From an uncultured Clostridia bacterium (GTDB lineage: Bacteria; Bacillota; Clostridia; Christensenellales; UBA1242), in contig CALWKH010000002.1 in assembly GCA_944381195.1 (NCBI GenBank), positions 1-36,420 of the forward strand: DNA of 36,420 nucleotides, written 5' to 3'. The notes under the pieces are model-generated. The model did no database searches. It worked only from the letters and a program-made list of their open reading frames with translations, and had not been told where the DNA came from. The translations under genes were made by a program, and so were the position numbers. Positions 1 through 7,090 of the stretch are shown here, in pieces; position 1 is the first letter of the stretch; each line of letters begins with the position of its first letter.

Positions 1-90
1 GTGAAAGTGAAAATCATTTCTCTTGACCTTGAAAAAAGCAGAATTGGACTTTCAATCAAACAGGCGCAAGATGAAAACATGGTGGCATAA
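1..90 (+). CDS. 3' end of a CDS entering from upstream; C-terminal S1-type RNA-binding (OB-fold) domain fragment
   Basis: Frame 1 is open from base 1 to TAA at 88-90. It translates to VKVKIISLDLEKSRIGLSIKQAQDENMVA, and the ...V.V.I..hD.EK.RI.LSIKQ pattern is typical of the last strands of S1 domains. The fragment is too short to name the gene. Confidence 0.5.
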   Translation: MKVKIISLDLEKSRIGLSIKQAQDENMVA

Positions 91-132
91 TTTTTGAAAA
101 TTTATGTTTTGAAAAGTATGTTTGATTAAAAG

Positions 133-157
133 ACACATTGAAAGATGTGTTTTTTTG
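133..157 (+). terminator. Intrinsic terminator after the S1-domain CDS
   Basis: Stem ACACAT (133-138) / ATGTGT (145-150), loop TGAAAG, followed by T6 (151-156). Confidence 0.6.
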
Positions 158-302
158 TTTTGTAAATTTGATATTAAATAAGGCTAAAATCTTGGAATAA
201 CTAGTATGTAATTTTAAAAATTATTGTTGTGAGTCTTAAAAGGTTGTTTTAAGAATTTAATTATGTTTGGTTTATTGTTGTGGTTAAGGTAATAATGTGA
301 AA

Positions 303-331
303 TTGACTTTTTGCCCGTTTTGTGATATAAT
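303..331 (+). promoter_or_regulatory. Sigma-A-type promoter for CDS 356-1360
   Basis: TTGACT (303-308), 17-nt spacer, TATAAT (326-331), with a TGTGa extended -10 at 321-325. A G-rich SD lies at 345-350 and the ATG at 356. Confidence 0.7.
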
Positions 332-355
332 ACATTTGTTATAAGGGGGGTATCA

Positions 356-1360
356 ATGGAAATAAGTGAAAAGTTTGTTGATGATATGAATGATATTGAA
401 AGCAATCTTGCAGAAATTTTTGGTTTTCAAAGGCGTAAATTAAGAATTGAAAAATATGATGAACAGGCTGAATTTGATAGATATATGCAAATACAAATAG
501 AAAAATATAAAAAAGCCTTCCCAAACATCACACAAAAGCAACTTGATGAAATGATAAAGGAAGCCACACCCCTTTTACAGACTGTTATAAAAGAGGAAGC
601 AAATGGTTTAGAAGGGGCTTTTAACCGTGATTTCCCTGATGAAGTTTTTCTGGCTAGCGATAAATTAGAATCAGAAATACATGCAAAAAGAGTTTTAGTG
701 CATGAAAGTTTTCACGCCATGATTTTTGATTATTTAAAAGGTAATTCTGCTGTGCTTAAAACATATGCAAATTCTGGTTATAACGAAAAATTTTGTAAAA
801 ATTTGTTAAGTGAAAACAAACTGCGCCCACTGATTAAAAGCGCATTTGCTGAAACTTTTAAAGATGGTGGTGCAACTGTTTATCAGGGCTTTTCTTTTGA
901 GGAAAACTTTGTGATATATAACACCTTGGCATATATGTTAGAGCAAGAATTGAATACATCTAGTCCAAATGTATCTAACATCAGAGGCTTGATTGATGAA
1001 TACATTTCACAGGTGGTTTTGGTTGCTAGCAAAGAAAAGGCAAATGTAAAAGTGCCATTTAAAGATAAAAAAATCTTTTTCAGAGACTATATTCTTGCAG
1101 TTATGGACGACTTGGAAAACAATCCAGAGAATAAAGATAAATTAAACTTGGTGCAAACTGATTATAAAAGAGAAAAAATTGAACTTGAAACCATCCCTTC
1201 AAAAATTCCAGATATCATTCCTGTTTTGGTTGATAACCGATTAAAATCTTATAAACTTAAACCAACAAACAAGGTGGATATGTGTAAACTTGAAAAATTG
1301 GACAGTGAGTTTTGCAAGGTTATTGATGAAAACAAAAAGCAAACGGTAAATGCTTTTTAG
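356..1360 (+). CDS. Hypothetical cytoplasmic protein with an HExxH motif (possible zinc metallopeptidase-like fold)
   Basis: 334-aa ORF with its own promoter and SD. The only recognisable motif is VLVHESFHAMIF (HExxH). No signal peptide or TM segment is visible. Family not recognised. Confidence 0.7.
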   Translation: MEISEKFVDDMNDIESNLAEIFGFQRRKLRIEKYDEQAEFDRYMQIQIEKYKKAFPNITQKQLDEMIKEATPLLQTVIKEEANGLEGAFNRDFPDEVFLASDKLESEIHAKRVLVHESFHAMIFDYLKGNSAVLKTYANSGYNEKFCKNLLSENKLRPLIKSAFAETFKDGGATVYQGFSFEENFVIYNTLAYMLEQELNTSSPNVSNIRGLIDEYISQVVLVASKEKANVKVPFKDKKIFFRDYILAVMDDLENNPENKDKLNLVQTDYKREKIELETIPSKIPDIIPVLVDNRLKSYKLKPTNKVDMCKLEKLDSEFCKVIDENKKQTVNAF

Positions 1361-1833
1361 GTATAAAAATGTTTTTGCAAAGTGATTAAAAACAAAAAGG
1401 CACTTGTTTGAAAAATTTAAAAATATTTTTGCGCTGTTAATAAATATTTATATTTTTTAAAATACAATAAAGACGCATTAAAAGTTGATAAATTTTGAAA
1501 CTAGCAAAATAAAAAAATTATACTTTTTATTTGTAAAAATTTTTTTATTAGCTTCAAAATTGCTTAACCAAAGATGTGTTTTTTGTTTTTGTTTTTGCTA
1601 TCAAAGAAAATGCTTGCGTTTGGGCGTGTTTTGTGATATGATTTTATCTATCAAAACTTGTGATATTTTAGAAGGATAAATTTTGCGCTTAAAAAGCGTT
1701 TTAATTAAAAAAATGCTGTAAACTGATTGAATTTTTGCGTTTTGTGTGAAAATTTTGACTTGTTTGTGCAAATTTTGTAACATTTGGCTGTTAAAATATC
1801 ATAGTTGTTAAAATAAAATATTAGGTGGAAAAA

Positions 1834-3225
1834 ATGGCAACAGAAATTTCAATGGCAGAACTTGTGGCGCTTTGCAAGAATAGGGGTTTTGTTTTTGCGG
1901 GCAGTCAAATTTATGGCGGGCTTTCAAACACTTGGGACTATGGTCCACTGGGTGTGCTTCTTAAAAACAACATTAAAAATTTATGGTGGAAAGAGTTTAT
2001 TCAAAAAGAACACACAAATGTTGGGCTGGACAGTGCAATTTTGATGAATCCAAAGGTTTGGGTGGCAAGTGGACACTTGTCTAATTTTGCTGACCCTTTG
2101 ATGGATTGCCGTGAGTGTAAATCTCGTGTGCGTGCGGACAAACTGATTGAAGAATGGCTTTTTGAAACGGGCAAGACTTTTGAGGGCAGTGTTGAGGCGA
2201 TGAGTGATGAGGAAAAGGAAAGGTTTATCAAAGAAAATCAAATTCCTTGTCCAACTTGCAAAAAGTGTAATTTCACACCAATCAGAAAGTTTAACCTTAT
2301 GTTTAAGACATTTCAAGGTGTAACCGAAGAGGCAAAGGACCAAATCTATTTGCGTCCAGAGACGGCTGGTGGAATTTTTGTGAACTTTAAAAATGTTCTT
2401 CGAACAACTCGTGGGAAACTTCCGCTTGGAATTGGACAAATTGGAAAGAGTTTTCGAAATGAAATCACGCCTGGGAACTTTATTTTCCGTGTTCGTGAGT
2501 TTGAGCAAATGGAACTTGAATTTTTTTGCGCGCCAGAGGACAGCGAAAAGTGGTTTGATTATTATCGTGCAAAGGCGTTTGATTTTCTTAAAGGTTTGGG
2601 CATTGATGAAAAGCGTTTGCGTTTTAGGGACCACGAAAAAGAGGAACTTTCTTTCTATTCAAAGGCAACAACCGATGTGGAATTTTTGTTTCCTTTTGGT
2701 TGGGGCGAACTTTGGGGAATTGCCAACCGAACAGATTATGATTTGAGTGTGCATCAACAGCACAGTGGCGAAGATTTGAGTTATCTTGACCCATACACAA
2801 ACAAAAAATTTGTTCCATATGTCATTGAGCCGTCTGTTGGAGTTGAGCGTGTGTTTTTATCTGTTCTTTGCAGTGCCTATAATGAAGAAAAGGTTGGTGA
2901 TGACACCCGCATTGTGATGAAATTTAACAAAAGTTTGGCACCGATCAAGGTGGCTGTGCTTCCGCTTTCAAACAAACTGACTGACAAGGCGCAAGAGGTG
3001 TTTTCTGTGCTTGCTGATGATTTTTCGGCTGAGTTTGACACCTCGGGTTCAATTGGAAAACGCTATCGCAGACAGGACGAAATTGGAACGCCATATTGTG
3101 TTACCATTGACTTTGACACCTTGGAAGATAATCAGGTTACTGTGCGTGATAGAGACAGCATGAAGCAAGAGCGTGTGGCAATTGGGGAACTTAAAAAATA
3201 TTTGGAAGAGCATCTTAAAGACTAA
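1834..3225 (+). CDS. glyQS: Glycine--tRNA ligase, single-chain alpha2 (class II) type
   Basis: The translation has the GlyRS N-terminus ([24 protein letters not shown]) and a class II motif-2-like segment ([25 protein letters not shown]). It also has a GVERVFL motif-3 region and an anticodon-binding C-terminus ([20 protein letters not shown]). The AGGTGG SD at 1823-1828 favours ATG 1834 over the GTG 1825 used in the ORF track. Confidence 0.95.
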   Translation: MATEISMAELVALCKNRGFVFAGSQIYGGLSNTWDYGPLGVLLKNNIKNLWWKEFIQKEHTNVGLDSAILMNPKVWVASGHLSNFADPLMDCRECKSRVRADKLIEEWLFETGKTFEGSVEAMSDEEKERFIKENQIPCPTCKKCNFTPIRKFNLMFKTFQGVTEEAKDQIYLRPETAGGIFVNFKNVLRTTRGKLPLGIGQIGKSFRNEITPGNFIFRVREFEQMELEFFCAPEDSEKWFDYYRAKAFDFLKGLGIDEKRLRFRDHEKEELSFYSKATTDVEFLFPFGWGELWGIANRTDYDLSVHQQHSGEDLSYLDPYTNKKFVPYVIEPSVGVERVFLSVLCSAYNEEKVGDDTRIVMKFNKSLAPIKVAVLPLSNKLTDKAQEVFSVLADDFSAEFDTSGSIGKRYRRQDEIGTPYCVTIDFDTLEDNQVTVRDRDSMKQERVAIGELKKYLEEHLKD

Positions 3226-3654
3226 AATTTCAAAGTTGTTCAGTATGTTTTTTAAAAAAGTTTTATGAAAAAATATTTTGAAAGCACAAAATTGTTTTGT
3301 GAAAGATTTGTGTTTTAATGTTTTATAAATGATTTTTTGAAAACATAAAATTGTTTTTGTGAAAAAGATTTTTGAAAAATAGTTTTTGCAAAAAGTTATG
3401 ATAAAACTTGCGTAAAAAATGCTCTGAAAAAAGTCATAATAAAATTTGTATGAATAAAATTCTGTGAAAAGCATATAAAAATTTTTGAAAAGTAGATTTT
3501 TGTTAAAGCTGTGTTTTCACTCAAACAAGACTAGAATGTTTTGGTGCTTTATTGTTAAAATGATTTACAATAATTTGTAATTATTTAATTGAAAAAGTGT
3601 TTGCAAAATTTGAGTTAAAATTTTTGCAATTTTTATGAAAAAATGGTGTAAATA

Positions 3655-3687
3655 TTAAAAAATGATGCGTTTTGCATCATTTTTTTG
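3655..3687. terminator. Bidirectional intrinsic terminator between convergent glyQS and CDS 3759-4529
   Basis: A-run (3655-3661), stem ATGATGC (3662-3668) / GCATCAT (3674-3680), 5-nt loop, T-run (3681-3687). It reads as hairpin plus U-tract on both strands. Confidence 0.6.
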
Positions 3688-3758
3688 TTGTTTTCTGTTA
3701 ATTTTTTATATTTTTAAAATTTATTACATTTTTATTTTCTTTGATAATTTCAGTGTTT

Positions 3759-4529
3759 TTATTCTTCACTTTTTTTGCTTGTTTTTGCTCTTGATTGAAT
3801 TTGCTCTTTTATTTCATCTGCTGATTCTGTTTTTGCTTGTTTTGTTTCTTTTGATTCGGTTTGTTGATTGCTGTGAACTTGTGTTTGTTCTTTTTTATCT
3901 TTTGAAATAATTTTTACAATCATATTTTGAAGTTCTTTTTCATCAATTAAGTTGTTTTCATAAAGGTTTTTAACAGATTCAATCTGTGCGGTGATTTCGT
4001 CTTTTTCTTCTTTTCTTTGCTGGTATTGTGTTACCTCTGGGGTTGGTGGAACATTTTGATAAGCATTATCTTGTGCTTGTGTGTTTTCTGTTTGAACAAA
4101 AGTTTGTTGTTGTGGCACGCTGTCTTTAAGGCAAAGCCCTGTGATAAAGAGTGCAAGGCAAGCAATGGATGTGAGCATTACAAAAACATTGATATATGCA
4201 ATCGCAAAGATAAGTGCAACTCCACTTAGAACAATCAAGCAAATGGATAGAGCAAGCACTGCTTTTTTACTGCCACCGTTTTTGTTGATTGACGTTAAAA
4301 CTATGCTTATGATAAAAGTTGAAATTGCCCAAAGAATGAAAGGAAGCATGATTACAAAAAGTGCAACCACCATTTCTGGTGTTATTGTTTCGCCCGTTAC
4401 TTCGTCAACAAGCCCAATGAGTGATGCAAGATCGCCAATTGTGAGAATTGCAAAAAAAAGATAGATTGCAGAGCAAACAAGGTTCACAATTGCACCAACC
4501 TTTATGGTTGTTTGTTTTGTTGAGGTCAT
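3759..4529 (-). CDS. 4-TM membrane protein with a SHOCT-like C-terminal segment and a K/E/Q-rich tail
   Basis: 256-aa ORF with an AAGGGGA SD and ATG at 4529. About four hydrophobic helices occupy the first 140 aa. The segment ITAQIESVKNLYENNLIDEKELQNMIVKII resembles the SHOCT short C-terminal domain pattern and is followed by a low-complexity charged tail. Confidence 0.75.
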   Translation of the reverse strand: MTSTKQTTIKVGAIVNLVCSAIYLFFAILTIGDLASLIGLVDEVTGETITPEMVVALFVIMLPFILWAISTFIISIVLTSINKNGGSKKAVLALSICLIVLSGVALIFAIAYINVFVMLTSIACLALFITGLCLKDSVPQQQTFVQTENTQAQDNAYQNVPPTPEVTQYQQRKEEKDEITAQIESVKNLYENNLIDEKELQNMIVKIISKDKKEQTQVHSNQQTESKETKQAKTESADEIKEQIQSRAKTSKKSEE

Positions 4530-4562
4530 TAAAAAATCCCCTTTATATCATATTTTTGTTAA

Positions 4563-4592
4563 ATTATAGCGTTTTTACGTGAAAAATGTCAA
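4563..4592 (-). promoter_or_regulatory. Sigma-A-type promoter for CDS 3759-4529
   Basis: On the minus strand: TTGACA (4592-4587), 18-nt spacer, TATAAT (4568-4563). Confidence 0.6.
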
Positions 4593-4601
4593 GAAAAGAA
4601 C

Positions 4602-4628
4602 AAAAAAAGTGAAAATTTTCACTTTTTT
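4602..4628 (-). terminator. Weak AT-rich intrinsic terminator overlapping the stop codon of CDS 4619-5722
   Basis: Palindrome A7-GTGAA-AATT-TTCAC-T6. The short stem is flanked by A and T runs, so it is symmetric on both strands. Confidence 0.4.
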
Positions 4629-5722
4629 GCGTTTTTTGTTGTGGCTTTCACCTTTTTTATTGTTATATTTTTGTTTTTTATTAAAAGATTGCTTTGTAAA
4701 AGGTCTGGCGAGTTTTTGATGTTTGCTATTTTATCTGTTTGATTTTGTTTTTTATTTTTTGAGGTTTTTTTTGCTGGAATTGTTTTTTCTGTGAGTGATG
4801 TTTTTGTTGTGCTATCTGTTTCTTTTCTTTTTTCTTTATTGGTGCTAATTGTTTTTGTAGATGGTGCAAAAGCGGTTTTTTGTGTTTCTTCTTTTATTTC
4901 TGTTTTGTTCTGTGTGGTTGTTTCTGCTTTGTTTTCTGGTTTTTTGTTTGCTGTTTTCTTTTTTGAGTTGTTTGCTTCTTTATTCTCGTCTGTGTTGACG
5001 CTGTTTGCTGATGATTTTGTCTTTTCCGTTTTGTCTGTCCATTTTGAAAACGCTTTTTCTTTTGATGCTTTTACCTTGTGTGATTTTTCCTTGCTCTGTG
5101 TGGTTGTCTGCGTGAATTTGTTGTTGTTTTTTGCTTTCCTTTTTTCTGGTGATTGTTTTTGGTGTTCTTCACTGAAAATATTTTCTTCTGCTGTATTTTG
5201 TTGAATTGGTGAGTTTGTGCTTTCCTCTTTTTCTTTTGGTTTGCTTTTATTTTGCGTGAGTGGTTGATTTAAAACCTTTATTTTTTGTGATTTTGTTTTT
5301 CCTGTCAGTAGAATGGTTTTTGTCTTTTTGTCTTCAATTGGAAAGAGTGCTGCTGTGTAAATAACAGCAAAACAAAGCCCAAGCACAATGCCCGCATAGT
5401 TATAGATTAGGCTTGACACCATGGCAAAGCCAGAATGAAAGGCAATCAAAGAAATAAGCGGTGAAACGGTGTTTACGTCTGTTTGAAGATAGTTTGAGTA
5501 GAGGATGATTGTTGTTGATATCACCACGGTGCAGACAGGCACAAGAGCATAGGACAAAAGGGCAATGAAATAGTAGAAGGTTGAAAAGGTGTTGTCTGGC
5601 TCACCGGAAATGTAGATGTCACCAAAGAAAACAAGAGAAAGTGCCACAATGCAATATAGTGTGACAAGAACGGTGTTTAGAATTGCTGTTATTAAAATTA
5701 GTTTTCTTTTTGTGTCGCTCAC
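4619..5722 (-). CDS. 4-TM membrane protein with a roughly 230-aa K/T/E/N/S-rich low-complexity tail
   Basis: 367-aa ORF with a GTG start at 5722 preceded by a GAGG SD. Four hydrophobic helices lie in the first 130 aa or so. The remainder is a lysine/threonine/glutamate-rich, apparently disordered region. Confidence 0.75.
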   Translation of the reverse strand: MSDTKRKLILITAILNTVLVTLYCIVALSLVFFGDIYISGEPDNTFSTFYYFIALLSYALVPVCTVVISTTIILYSNYLQTDVNTVSPLISLIAFHSGFAMVSSLIYNYAGIVLGLCFAVIYTAALFPIEDKKTKTILLTGKTKSQKIKVLNQPLTQNKSKPKEKEESTNSPIQQNTAEENIFSEEHQKQSPEKRKAKNNNKFTQTTTQSKEKSHKVKASKEKAFSKWTDKTEKTKSSANSVNTDENKEANNSKKKTANKKPENKAETTTQNKTEIKEETQKTAFAPSTKTISTNKEKRKETDSTTKTSLTEKTIPAKKTSKNKKQNQTDKIANIKNSPDLLQSNLLIKNKNITIKKVKATTKNAKK

Positions 5723-5739
5723 TTTTTTACCTCACACAT

Positions 5740-5768
5740 ATTTTAAAAGCCTTAAAAAAAATTGTCAA
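5740..5768 (-). promoter_or_regulatory. Sigma-A-type promoter for CDS 4619-5722
   Basis: On the minus strand: TTGACA (5768-5763), 17-nt spacer, TAAAAT (5745-5740). Confidence 0.55.
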
Positions 5769-6015
5769 GCGCAAATGATGTTTATAGCATATGTATTTTT
5801 GGAATAGTTGATTTTAACTTATATATATGCACAAAGTTATTGCTTTTATTTTAATGCTTGCTGTTTTTATTTTGTAATAATTTATTTTACTTGTTTTATT
5901 CAATTTTTTTCGCAAAATAAAGTGAGCAGTTTATTATTTTTTCCTTGTAAAGTTAATTTAAACTTGGTAACTGGATATTTTACGGACAGGTTAAGAAACA
6001 TGGTTTTTTCCCTTG

Positions 6016-6083
6016 AAACTTTTTTGGAGTCAAGATATGTTAAGGAAATTTTTTGTGGCATAAAAGGCGTAGCCCACAAAAAA
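6016..6083 (+). repeat. Structured intergenic repeat, copy A (degenerate)
   Basis: aaacttttttGGAGTCAAGATATGTTAAGGAAatttTTTGTGGCataaaaggcgtaGCCCACAAAAAA. It shares the T-run, GGAG, doubled GTyAAG motif and terminal GCCCACAAAA hairpin arm with copies B, C, E, F and G. Confidence 0.7.
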
Positions 6084-6153
6084 TGCTTTTAATTGTAGTA
6101 GTGATTTAATAAATAAGAAAGATGAAATTTTTTATATAACTTTATTTTTCTGT

Positions 6154-6214
6154 CAAACTTTTTTAAAGTCAAGACAGGTCAAGGAGGGTTTCTTGCGGGC
6201 GAAAGCCCACAAAA
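6154..6214 (+). repeat. Structured intergenic repeat, copy B
   Basis: caaacttttttaaAGTCAAGACAGGTCAAGGAgggtTTCTTGCGGGCgaaaGCCCACAAAAC. It has two GTCAAG motifs 10 nt apart, hairpin CAAGGA/TTCTTG, and hairpin GCGGGC-N4-GCCCAC. Confidence 0.8.
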
Positions 6215-6242
6215 CGCCCTCTGTTTTAAATATTTTTATATC

Positions 6243-6368
6243 GTGGGCAGAGTTCATAAAACACCCCCAACCTTTATATAAAAATACCGTGTGGGCAGAG
6301 CCCACAGAAAAAAACTATTTATAACGAATTTATAAAAAATATATGGTGTGGGTAAAACGCACAAAAAA
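6243..6368. repeat. Three short GTGGG-N3/4-CCCAC-type hairpin units following copies A and B
   Basis: GTGGGCagagttca (6243-6257, degenerate). GTGGGC-AGA-GCCCAC followed by an A-run (6291-6314). GTGTGGGTaaaaCGCACAAAAAA (6347-6368). Confidence 0.65.
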
Positions 6369-6929
6369 TGCTTGTTTTTAAAAAATTTTCTGGTTTAAAA
6401 TAAGGCATATATTTTAATATATTTGTTTAAATTTTTTTAATTTTGTAATATGTTTTTTGCTGAAATAATGTGGAAAAGTGGAAAATTTTTGTTTATAATT
6501 TTCAGTGTTTTTTAAATGAAAATAATGATTTAAAAAATAAAATTTATAAATAATTCGTTCAAAATTTCAATGCTTTTTTGCACTGCGACTTATTGTTTTT
6601 TTGTTATGTTTTTTCTTTTTAGCATTTTTGAATTTTGCAATAAAAGTTATAAATTTTTGCATTTTGATGCCAAACTTTTTGTGGGTATGTGCGTTTTTTA
6701 GTGTTTGCGTTCTTTTTTTATTATAAAAAATTGTGTCTTATAAAAACAAAAATTATTGCTGGTTTTGTGGCGTGCTCTTTATATTCCATGTTACATATGT
6801 TTTTGTGTGAAAGTTATATTTTAAGTTGTGAATTTTTTTGGCGTAAACATTTTTTACCTTTTTTGCGTGTGATATTGCTCATTTATTTTATATATTTTTG
6901 AAAAAATATATAAATATGCCTCATTTCCT

Positions 6930-6959
6930 TTGACAAAATGGGGTAAAAATTTATATAAT
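6930..6959 (+). promoter_or_regulatory. Sigma-A-type promoter of the giant CDS
   Basis: TTGACA (6930-6935), 18-nt spacer, TATAAT (6954-6959). AGGAG SD at 6999-7003 and ATG at 7013. The leader is only about 45-50 nt, leaving no room for a riboswitch. Confidence 0.65.
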
Positions 6960-7012
6960 TTTGTTATATTATTGCTTTATTTTCACAAGATAAAAAATAG
7001 GAGTTTATTCAA

Positions 7013-7090
7013 ATGAAAACAAATGTCTTAAAAGCCTTTATGCTTATTATGTTCGTGGGGGTGATGAGTGTCTTTGGACTTTCCGCCTGT
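7013..7090 (+). other. Lipoprotein signal peptide (SPase II) of the giant protein
   Basis: MKTNVLKAFMLIMFVGVMSVFGLSAC has a basic N-region, a hydrophobic core and the lipobox L-S-A-C. The invariant Cys is residue 26 (codon 7088-7090). Confidence 0.75.

Noticed and set aside
1981-2634. 217-aa antisense ORF inside glyQS, plus ORF 3049-3474 overlapping its 3' end.
   Set aside because: The sense strand encodes an unmistakable GlyRS. The antisense translations are K/F/L-rich and show no motif or SD.
3262-3480. Recurrent T(T/G)TGAAAA motifs and two AT-rich hairpins about 60 bp apart (CACAAAA-TTG-TTTTGTG at about 3287-3303, with a degenerate copy at about 3346-3363) downstream of glyQS.
   Set aside because: The sequence is low-complexity with weak A/T-only stems, and the similarity between units is modest. 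It cannot be separated from compositional noise by eye.
6889-6912. AT-only palindrome TATATATTTTT-G-AAAAAATATATA about 20 bp upstream of the -35 of the giant-gene promoter. It could be an operator or UP element.
   Set aside because: Pure A/T palindromes of this size are common in spacers this AT-rich. There is no second copy and no associated regulator gene.
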